Shown here: in pieces, positions 8,273 through 16,699 of the stretch | How the letters are laid out: each line of letters starts with the position of its first letter | Numbering within the stretch: the stretch's first letter is position 1 | Source: Plasmodiophora brassicae | Taxonomy: Eukaryota | Direction: 5' to 3' | DNA: 21,040 bases | Assembly (NCBI GenBank): GCA_036867785.1 | Contig: CP145410.1 | Location: 1,922,001-1,943,040 of the forward strand | Position numbers and translations under genes: made by a program | The notes under the pieces: generated by a model | The model's input: the letters and a program-made list of their open reading frames with translations, nothing else | Databases searched by the model: none | Told to the model about the DNA's origin: nothing

Positions 8273-11200
8273 TTAGAAATCTGCTAACAGTCGTGAGCAG
8301 AGCGGGTCTCCTTCGGCTTGTCGTTCGAGGAAGGCTCTGACGATATCAGGAACATCGGCCGCCATGACCGAGTAAGGTTCCCATGAATTGTCGGTGGCCT
8401 CGAATCCGATCCAGTTGATCAGTAGTTCAGTGTCACCTGACGTAGAATTGACTCGAATGTCCTCGACTGCGTTGACTTGGTAAGCCACGCCGGTGAGCGC
8501 GATGTTGTGCTTCAGGGAAGAGGTGACATTCAAGTGCGCATCTGCATAGAACATTAAGCGCTGGGCGTGTACATCTGAGATATGATCAGTCAAGAGATCT
8601 CGAACTCGATACACCCAGTCGTTGATGGTGTCGATAATCTGGGCAGGTCCAGTCCAGTTGTACTCGGACTTGGAGTGCTTGCCATGGTTGGCCACGAGAA
8701 CATAGTCGCCCGTCGTGAAGTTGATCTCGCGAACATTGCGTCGGCGACGCCGGGCGCGTTGCTTGAGATCACGTAGATGGGTGCGTGTACGTGCCACTTC
8801 TTTGTGCATGTCCTCGAGAGAATCGGTAAGTTCCGTCGTCATTTCCTTGAGACGGTCAGGGGTCAACGGTACGTCGATAACCGCGTCGATGCGTTTGTTG
8901 AAGATAATCGAGATAGGTGTCGAGGGTGGCAAACCCGTAAACATCGTGACAGGCGCGTAGCCCACACTTGATCGAACAGTGTGATTTACCGTCATGTTGA
9001 TCAGCGGAAGGACATACGGCCAATCCTGGAATGGAAGATTTAGCTCGGAGAGGAGGGACTTCAGCAGAAAGAGAAGCCGCTTGTTGACAACCTCAACCGT
9101 GCCGTTCGCCCAAGGTGTGTAGGCAGTTGTGAAATGATGGTTGCAGTGTAACCGGCTATTAAGCTCGGCGATAACCGCGTTTTTGAAGTGTGTGCCGCGG
9201 TCAGAGACATGTTGGAAAACAATGCCGAAACGTTTGAACCAATCCAGAAGAGATTCGGCGACAACGCTGTGATCCGCGAATTGACAAGGAATTAACTCGA
9301 CGAATGCCGTGGCGTCGTCCTTCAGAACCAGAACATAACGAAGTTGATGAGAATCGCCTGGACGAGGTTTGGATAAGAAAAGAAAGTCATAGTGGATGAC
9401 CTTATTGGGCTTGTCCGCATGCATAGCCGTGCCATAAGGTCGGGGGATCATCGAATCTTTGTTGCGTAGGCAGTGTAAGCATTTGTCCACAAATGCACGA
9501 ACAAAGGAATCGAGATCAGGCCACCAGAAGAGTTGCGCGATGCTCGAAATAGTCGATGCAGCAAGTTGATGACCAGACAGTCCCATATGTGAAATCACTG
9601 CGATGCGTAGCTGCAGTGCATGTGATGGTACCCAGAGTTGATTGTCTGGAGTACGCCAGCCAGATTCCGGGCTAAGGTGGAGAGACATGTCCCCTTCGAG
9701 TTGGAGAATATCAGAAACGGCAGATAGGTCGTGTTGGCGAATGTAGTCGGTCTGAGCGTTACTAATCTCGTCGGCAGACGGCCAGATAAACTCATCGGTC
9801 ATCTTGTAATCGTCGAAGTCAAGATTAATTGCCATATGACGAATAGAACGGAACGAGGGAGGGGAAAATGAGGACAATGGTTGCAGGGCGACGCCCCAAC
9901 GCGTGGCGAGGTCGGCCCAAACGTTGTCCTCCCCAGCAATGTGCTCAATGTGAAAATCTAGGTCGATAATCTGAAGTCGCCAGCGCTCCAAGCGATCGCC
10001 GGTCGTCCGACTAATTCGTGCAACCGAGGCAGGGTTCAGAATGAAAACCAAATTACGGTGGTCTGTGAAGATTCGAAGTGCCAACTTTGACATAGAGATG
10101 AAGTGTCTGAGGCGATAGCAGCCTTCGATGATGGCGTAGGCCTCCTTCTCAATGGTCGCCCACTTCAATTGAGAACCACGGAATGTCCCCGAGATGAACG
10201 ACAAAGGTTCGTGGTGTTGCTCACCGTACGGGAGATCAATATCTTCCGGAGGGATCTGCGACAGGAAAACAGACCAGAAACGGTCACTCGCATCCGGAAA
10301 GAGACACATGATCCATTCGTCCTTGGGGTGCGCCAGCGTCATGGCCTCCGATAGACGATGCTTCAGAGAATTGAAACTGGTGAGATGGTCAGTGGTCCAG
10401 CCGATGTCGGCTAAACGAACTCGACGTAGATGTGATTTCTTCAGACTGCTGACAGAACGAGAAGCGGACAGAAGTAGATCCTGCAGCGGATGTACGTGTG
10501 CCGCGAATTGAGGAATAACAGAACGGACCCAATTGAGGCCCGAGAGGAACTGTTGAAGATCAGCAGCCGTGATAGGAGTTGATAGATCGTGCAAGGCGTT
10601 GAGATACGAGCGATCGAACGACACTCCATCAGCGGATATAACGCGACCGCACCATGTCACTGAAGTGAGATATAACTGGCAGCGATCAGGGTTGAGTTTA
10701 ACTCCAAACTCGTCGAAAGCGTTGAGAAGAGATTCGAGTGTGTCCATGTAGGCTCCGAATCCAGATACGTAGCCGAGGATATCGTCGATCCAGAGTAGGG
10801 CGCAGATATATAGAAGTTTCCCCAACACCTGTTGCATTCCCGCCTGGAACGCAAACACGCAATCAGCAATTCCCTGGATGATGCGCCTGGGTGTAAACGT
10901 GGCGATGTGCGTCATGAACGAGCAGGCCTCCTGCGAATCAGGGTGCAACGGAAATTGCCAATAGCCTTTAAAGGCATCGAACAGCATGAAGATGGTCGCG
11001 GAACGTAGGTAGGTCAGGATGATGTCGATGTGAGGCATCGGCCATGCAATGCGTTCGGTCTGTTTGTTGACGGCTTCATTGATGTCGACGGTCAGCCGAT
11101 GGCCGCGAACCTCCGTGTCCTTCTTGTCGACGACCAGACACGGCGACGCGTACCTGCTGTGCGGATTGCGGTACACAAAATCGTTTTCCGCCAAGGTCCC

Positions 11201-13162
11201 TACATGATCATCCATGAATTTTTGGTGTTCGAGGGTATACCTTCGTGTTCGGCAACGGACAGGACGAGCATCTGCTTTGAAGTGTAGTTTCAGTGGACTT
11301 ACCTTCGCAGGTGGATCACGGCCAAGCTTCGTTCGCCATATGTCTTTGTGTCGATTGACAGTTGTGCGTAGACGCGGGACTTGATCGTTAGGGAAACCGG
11401 AGTCAGTTGCACGTTGTATCATCCGGTCTATTGCCCTGTCCACGTCTGTATCGGAGTGTTCTCCGATTTCGACATCATAGTCGTCACCCGGATCATTGGT
11501 GTCCAATTGGGGCTCATGATCGCGAGTTGTTCCACTTACCTCCGGGTGTCTTACCGCTCTCATCGTGATCCCTTGACCACCTGGGGCGTGACGTTCCGGG
11601 GTCGGATCCGCTTCGATGATGATAGGACCATTTGCCTCGATTAACATCTCCTTCAGTTGTGTAGCTGGATTGATACCCAACGCGTCCAGTTCCGGGGCTC
11701 CTAAAAGGACAATGTCATCAGATAGGTCTTCGCGACATACGTTGATTTCCCGCCCGCGTAGATGTGCAGGTTTGCCATGCGAAGGTGGGACAATGGTGAT
11801 GTCCACGATCGCTGTGGCGACAATTGTTGTCGTAGCCCCGATCGTTGCAAGTTTCGCCTCCGTTGGATGGTCGAACACTTTGACTGGGACATGCTGGATG
11901 GCTTGAATCCGTAGCAGTTGCGATTGCGAAATGACGGTCTTCGTCGCACCACTATCGGCTTCGAATGGAAGGTCGAGCGAGTTCTGGAAGCGAAGTCTCA
12001 TAGGGGACGGTGTTGACGGCGACGGCGGGCCCATGCGCTTTGCCGTGTCTGCGTTGCCCTTACTCTCCTCCTTCTCTTTGCGCTCTTTCTGGAACTTTTC
12101 AATGGCAGCTTTGCGTTCTCCTTGAGTTGCCTTCGGGCACACTTGGACCCAGTGCTGCTCCTTGCAGATTAGGCAACCTGCCTTTGGAGGATCCTTACCT
12201 TCGAAACGTTTTCGGATGTGCTCGGGGATGTCCCTCGATTCGTCTTTCGTTTGCGATGTGGACGATTGAGCTGTCTTCAGTCCGATCGGATTTGTCGGAT
12301 GCTTGCCGCCATTCCTATTCGGAGCAACAACGTCCTTACCTTTCTTACCTGCAGGTGGGGACATGGTCTGCGCTGGAGACTTCTTCTTCTCAGCTTGCAG
12401 CCGGAAGTGTTTGTCCTGCTCTTTGGCAAGACGGTCGACGAGGTCGAAGAATTTGAGCTCGTCCTTCTCAGCGTCCCTGCACCCTCCGAACTCGATCGCG
12501 CGTTCGACTAGAACCGCAAGGTCAGTGGGACGGATACCTCCGCGTAATACCTTGATCTTGCGCTTGGTTCCTTTCGTTCCTTTGGCGTATGTGTCTTGTA
12601 GCCCATAGTCGTCGATTAGCTCATCGAACTTGGCGAAGAAAGACGTGACACGTTCCTCAATACTCTTGATTGACAGGTTCATGACCACTGTCTTCGTGAG
12701 AAGCGCCTTGATGTCTGTCGAACTCTCGACATCAGCCTCCCTGCGTTGGACTGACCTCAAGTAGCTCATGATGTCGCCATCCGTGATCGTGCTGGCGGGT
12801 TGACGTAGGCGATATTTCGACATCCCTCTGAGGACGTCCTCGGTAATGCATGACTTCACCGTTGGCGGATGAATATCCTCCTTGTAGATCAGTCGGCGCT
12901 CGTTAACGATCTCGACGTGTTTCCTATATTTCTTGAGGAAATCGTTAATTCCGTCCTTGGCCGTAAGGCTCAGGGTACGTAGGATGGGCGGTTTCAAAGG
13001 CATAAAGATCGGGCTCTTACCGTGCAGGTTTGTTGACTGAAGCCCTCGATCGATTTCGTCATCTGTCGACGATTCATGCTCCTTGGCCTCGGCGTCGGAG
13101 TTGGTCCTGGCGTCGTCCTCCATCTGTAGACGAACGGGCGCTCTGCGGCCACCTCCTGCCAT
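8273..13162 (-). CDS. Gag-Pol polyprotein with C-terminal chromodomain (1629 aa)
   Basis: Knuckle CLICKEQHWVQVC; protease ADSGA; RT FDAFKGYWQ...IIQG...WIDD; RNase H FPDAS/EKEAYAI/FTDHRNL; integrase HMGLSGH...CLHC, IHYDF, VSDRGTHF, TVEVVN; GPY/F-like WTGPAQI; chromodomain LINWIGFEATDNSWEP. Confidence 0.97.
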   Translation of the reverse strand: MAGGGRRAPVRLQMEDDARTNSDAEAKEHESSTDDEIDRGLQSTNLHGKSPIFMPLKPPILRTLSLTAKDGINDFLKKYRKHVEIVNERRLIYKEDIHPPTVKSCITEDVLRGMSKYRLRQPASTITDGDIMSYLRSVQRREADVESSTDIKALLTKTVVMNLSIKSIEERVTSFFAKFDELIDDYGLQDTYAKGTKGTKRKIKVLRGGIRPTDLAVLVERAIEFGGCRDAEKDELKFFDLVDRLAKEQDKHFRLQAEKKKSPAQTMSPPAGKKGKDVVAPNRNGGKHPTNPIGLKTAQSSTSQTKDESRDIPEHIRKRFEGKDPPKAGCLICKEQHWVQVCPKATQGERKAAIEKFQKERKEKEESKGNADTAKRMGPPSPSTPSPMRLRFQNSLDLPFEADSGATKTVISQSQLLRIQAIQHVPVKVFDHPTEAKLATIGATTTIVATAIVDITIVPPSHGKPAHLRGREINVCREDLSDDIVLLGAPELDALGINPATQLKEMLIEANGPIIIEADPTPERHAPGGQGITMRAVRHPEVSGTTRDHEPQLDTNDPGDDYDVEIGEHSDTDVDRAIDRMIQRATDSGFPNDQVPRLRTTVNRHKDIWRTKLGRDPPAKVSPLKLHFKADARPVRCRTRRYTLEHQKFMDDHVGTLAENDFVYRNPHSRYASPCLVVDKKDTEVRGHRLTVDINEAVNKQTERIAWPMPHIDIILTYLRSATIFMLFDAFKGYWQFPLHPDSQEACSFMTHIATFTPRRIIQGIADCVFAFQAGMQQVLGKLLYICALLWIDDILGYVSGFGAYMDTLESLLNAFDEFGVKLNPDRCQLYLTSVTWCGRVISADGVSFDRSYLNALHDLSTPITAADLQQFLSGLNWVRSVIPQFAAHVHPLQDLLLSASRSVSSLKKSHLRRVRLADIGWTTDHLTSFNSLKHRLSEAMTLAHPKDEWIMCLFPDASDRFWSVFLSQIPPEDIDLPYGEQHHEPLSFISGTFRGSQLKWATIEKEAYAIIEGCYRLRHFISMSKLALRIFTDHRNLVFILNPASVARISRTTGDRLERWRLQIIDLDFHIEHIAGEDNVWADLATRWGVALQPLSSFSPPSFRSIRHMAINLDFDDYKMTDEFIWPSADEISNAQTDYIRQHDLSAVSDILQLEGDMSLHLSPESGWRTPDNQLWVPSHALQLRIAVISHMGLSGHQLAASTISSIAQLFWWPDLDSFVRAFVDKCLHCLRNKDSMIPRPYGTAMHADKPNKVIHYDFLFLSKPRPGDSHQLRYVLVLKDDATAFVELIPCQFADHSVVAESLLDWFKRFGIVFQHVSDRGTHFKNAVIAELNSRLHCNHHFTTAYTPWANGTVEVVNKRLLFLLKSLLSELNLPFQDWPYVLPLINMTVNHTVRSSVGYAPVTMFTGLPPSTPISIIFNKRIDAVIDVPLTPDRLKEMTTELTDSLEDMHKEVARTRTHLRDLKQRARRRRRNVREINFTTGDYVLVANHGKHSKSEYNWTGPAQIIDTINDWVYRVRDLLTDHISDVHAQRLMFYADAHLNVTSSLKHNIALTGVAYQVNAVEDIRVNSTSGDTELLINWIGFEATDNSWEPYSVMAADVPDIVRAFLERQAEGDPLCSRLLADF

Positions 13163-13196
13163 TAAGTGAGTTCGTTTGCTTGGGGCTCTTTGCGCA

Positions 13197-13206
13197 AGAA
13201 GCTTCT
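13197..13206 (-). promoter_or_regulatory. Perfect 10-bp palindrome at the primer-binding-site position of element 2
   Basis: AGAAGCTTCT begins on the last base of the 5' LTR (minus strand) and is followed by a second palindrome, TTGCGCAA (13190-13197). No TGG tRNA complement. Function inferred. Confidence 0.65.
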
Positions 13207-13402
13207 GTGCTAACGCCGCCGCTGCCCACTACGGGGGCGGTCGGTCGCAAGAGTCGGCGCCTGGTGATATAACGAACTGATGTATTTGGACAGGATCGTC
13301 ACAGCAAGGGCCGCTGCGGGGTCGAGTACGGTCATGATCATGTGACCGGGTGGCAGCAGCATCTGAGCAGCATCATCTGAGTACTGGTACTCTGGATGAA
13401 CA
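13206..13402 (-). repeat. 5' LTR of element 2 (197 bp)
   Basis: Identical to 8067-8263. Confidence 0.97.
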
Positions 13403-13806
13403 TGTTCCCTCATTGCGTTATGTATGAATATAGGCGGCCTTGCGGGCAGGGGCGGTGGAGGGTACGACCGTTGTTGTTCACATCCAGTTGCATCATTTGA
13501 CATGCAGGTTTTAGGCCCTGAGGATGTTCGTGGGTGGCGGACAATGAAGCTCTGCCACTTAGGCGATCCGGAAGGCATATTGGCGTCGTGGTTAACGGCG
13601 GATCGGCGCCCATCAAGAAACAGCTACCGTTCAATAAACCATTCGTTAATCTTATTCTATTCTATTGTTAACGGCAATACCAAATACGATAGTGTCTCAG
13701 AATCTGGGGTACCATTCTATTCTATTACTGGACGGAGGAAAAATTCAATCGAGATTTTTGGAGAATGCCCGTGGAGCGCATTTTTTGGGAAATCCGGTCC
13801 CGAAAA

Positions 13807-13918
13807 CGGCACTTAATTGGCACTACCTAGTGCCGAATTGGTGCCGCTAAACGCCGAAAAGGTGCCGATTGGGTAATGAAGGGGACGGCACTAATTCGGC
13901 ACTGATATTTTTCCAGTG
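13807..13918. mobile_element. Probable terminus of a CACTA/EnSpm (CACTG-type) DNA transposon with subterminal repeats
   Basis: Minus strand starts CACTGGAAAAA at 13918. Inward of it lie eight direct or inverted copies of CGGCAC/GTGCCG (13807, 13818, 13830, 13841, 13851, 13862, 13886, 13897), mostly 11 bp apart. 13829-13846 and 13886-13903 form a 17/18 inverted repeat. No partner terminus seen in the window. Confidence 0.5.
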
Positions 13919-13987
13919 AACGCCTGGGCAACAGATACTTGGTCGGCCACGATACGAGGAATATCCTAGATCGATCACGGCCAAAGC

Positions 13988-16000
13988 ATGATGGCGAACG
14001 TTGTCCTGTTGTTGAGTGTGGTTGGATGCGCAACGGCGTCCTGTCCCGGGGATGCGCCAGTGAAAACACCGACCACGAATGGGAAATTCCTGTTCGCCCA
14101 CTATATGATCTTCTCGCCGTCAACCAACTCTACCATGGCCGGGTTCCAGCGCGATATTCTCCTTGCGCAATCGGCCGGCATTGACGGGTTCGCATTGAAC
14201 CTGGCCGTCTGGAGCGGGTCGCCGGTATACCGGCAAAGGGCAACTTTGATATTTGACGCCGCAGACCAGCTGAATACCGGATTCCAGCTGATGTTCAGTC
14301 TTGACATGAGCAAGAACATGCCACAGGCCGATATCGTTAGCATTCTGACTACGTTCTCGTCCCGATCCAGTCAGGCGTACCGAAATGGAAAACAGATGCT
14401 GTCAACATTCGTCGGCCAGGCGATTCCGGGCGTCGGGAACGTTAGCAATTGGTGGGCGTCCGCTTTCTCGCAGGCATCATTTATCACCGGCAAAGGCGTA
14501 TACTTCATCCCGTTCTTCGTCCCGTCGGGTGGAAATTCCACCACGGGTCTTCCTCGTGTCATTGATGTAACGAATATCATCGATAAGTACCCAGTCGTCG
14601 ATGGATTGTTCAGCTGGAATTTGTTGGGATACCCGAACCCCTCCAAAGGTCTTGGCAAACTCCTAGGCGCCACGATTCCAGACAACGAGGTCAACTACCG
14701 CTTGGGATGTAACCAGCGATCACGCGCGTTCATGGCCTCCATTGGGCCATGGTTCTCAACACACGACAGGCCGAAGTACATACTCTGTCGCTGCTTCCTT
14801 ACCATCGTTCACTGATTTCTTTCAAACAGTCACAATGGAATTTATGGCAATTATCGAGGGCCCACAATGTGGATGGAACGGTGGGAGACTATATATGAGA
14901 CGCAGCCCGATCTCGTCGAAATCGTCACTTGGAACGATTACGCAGAATCGTCGTACATCGGGCCACAAGCCCCGATGATCTACTCGTCAGAATGCCCCCC
15001 TGCCACAAATTACAGCCACGACGCATATTTGGAGTTGACCCGATACTTCAGTACGCGATGGAAGACTGGGGCGTACCCTGTAATTGGGCGTGAGAAGTTA
15101 TTCATCTTCTATCGGACACATTCGAAGAATGCTGTGCCCATGGCAGATCCGTACAATCCGAACCCGGTCAACAACAGCCAGGTGATCGACGACATGCTCT
15201 ATGTTGCCACGATGCTGTATACGTCGGCCATGCTGACAATGAATTCGGGATCGAATACGTCGACGGTGAGGGCTCCCACTGGATTCAGCATTTTTTCGCT
15301 TGGCCAGGATCAAGGATTGCAATCCGCTGTTCTGAAACGGAACGGCGATGTTATACTATCCGTTGTCGGTGATCTGCCGTTTAGCAACCACATCGTGTAC
15401 CGGAACTTTAATGTATATTCGAAGTTCGTGCAAGCCGACAAATGTGTTCTTGCGGCAAAAACATCAACGAAGCGGCAGATAATGCAGTCGACCGCAACGC
15501 GGACTCCTGTACTGGCAACGGAATCGTTGAAGAAGCCCATATCTACTCAAGATTTCGCAAAGCCATCCCACACAACAATAGGCTTGAGACGGGCAACGAA
15601 ATCAATTCGAAAAGTGGTATCGACTCGACATTCTCATGTCTCTACAAAGACGGGAAACCGTACAGCAATCCTGTTGTCACCGATTACAAAATCAGCGCGA
15701 AGCGCAATGTCGATTCGCGCGCTCCACTTCAAATCGCGACGATCTACAACATGGATAGTTCACAACCAGAGATCCAGAACAATGCAAAATTTGGTCCCGT
15801 CGAATCAGGTTCGGGTGCTCAACACAGGCGTACGAAAGTCCACGGCACTGGCGAACAAGGCACCGAAACCTATATCGACGTCGTCTCAGCCCTTTGTGAA
15901 TCACGCAAAAAGGAACGCGACGAGTTTCGCCAGTCGGGCATCGAGAACTGATTCGCTCCAAGTCATATTCCTCCTCTACGTGATTGCCGAAATCCTGTAG
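13988..16000 (+). CDS. Secreted glycoside hydrolase family 71 (alpha-1,3-glucanase/mutanase-like); exons 13988-14775 and 14830-16000, about 652 aa
   Basis: Signal-peptide-like N-terminus. GH71 motifs FAHYMI, DILLAQSAGIDGFALN, LMFSLDM, LSTFVG, VDGLFSW, PWFSTH, VEIVTWNDYAESSYIGP, FYRTHSK. A 54-nt GTACAT...CTGAT...AAACAG intron (14776-14829) joins the two ORF-track ORFs in frame. Confidence 0.9.
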
Positions 16001-16699
16001 GATGTCAAAAAAGGACCAACAAGACGGCTGGTTTAGGGGGCCTCTATCTAAAATCTGTTCAAATACAGCCTGCTAAAATAAGAAGCGTCACAAGTCGCCC
16101 CGACCCGCACCAGCATACATCGGCCACTGCCACATGACCACGCCTGCGCAGCGACCACTACGACCCGCCCAGCTCACATGCATATTCGGCACCCTGCAGC
16201 CCAGCATCTCGCCAGCTAGCGAGTTTAAAAACAGGAGCAGAACGGTGCCTACAAGAAATTTGAACGGACGCGCCTTGTACGATTGGACAGCGTCATCTAC
16301 CCTGCACTGGGACGAAGGAGCACGTCCAGAACCAGGCGCCGCCGGTTCACTGCATGTTATAACAAAGAGTGACAAGGACGCGTTAACACATGAACATGTC
16401 AGTGGGCTGGATATTCCTGGTCAGCTACCGTCCTGCTCGCTGTCTTTGTCGTGCTCTTAACGATCGTTCTTCGAGTAATCCTTTCACTGTCAGGTAAATA
16501 CGGCCAGCGCGTTGACTACCTCAGTGCGAGCGCTCAATACACGGGCGGGGTGGTGCGATGATCTTTTACGACTTGGTGATCTATTGTAGCCTCGGCGGAC
16601 CGGGCGCCGAAACTGCAGCGGAGTCCGCCGCCTCTCCCCGGTTCCCCCGCCAGCATCGGCATCGCCACCTCGTCGCCCATCGTCCGCCGGCCTTTACCC

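Larger units (their letters stand above)
8067..13402 (-). mobile_element. Ty3/Gypsy chromovirus-type LTR retrotransposon, element 2 (full length, 5336 bp)
   Basis: Two identical 197-bp TGT...ACA LTRs flank one uninterrupted gag-pol ORF. Flanks GACAT and TGTTC do not form a TSD. Confidence 0.97.

Noticed and set aside
2909-13162. Both polyprotein ORFs are listed as exactly 1629 aa
   Set aside because: The first is counted from a GTG inside the LTR. From the first ATG (3131) it is about 1555 aa, so the equality is coincidental.
2961-13272. Numerous short antisense and alternate-frame ORFs inside the retroelements
   Set aside because: Shadow ORFs of long GC-rich coding sequence with no motifs; no env-like or accessory gene evident.
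13403-13482. 80-bp TGT...ACA segment next to element 2 as a possible solo LTR
   Set aside because: No second copy, PPT or TSD in the window, and it overlaps an intron-like segment (13462-13507).
13807-13903. CRISPR-like or tRNA-like reading of the CGGCAC repeats
   Set aside because: Units are 6-bp boxes with about 5-bp spacers in mixed orientation in a eukaryotic context; no cloverleaf or cas genes.
16088-16560. Short ORFs on both strands, including a hydrophobic + strand stretch WSATVLLAVFVVLLTIVLRVILSL (about 16404-16560)
   Set aside because: No consistent start or splice model and no recognisable family. A small membrane-protein gene is possible but unsupported without RNA data.
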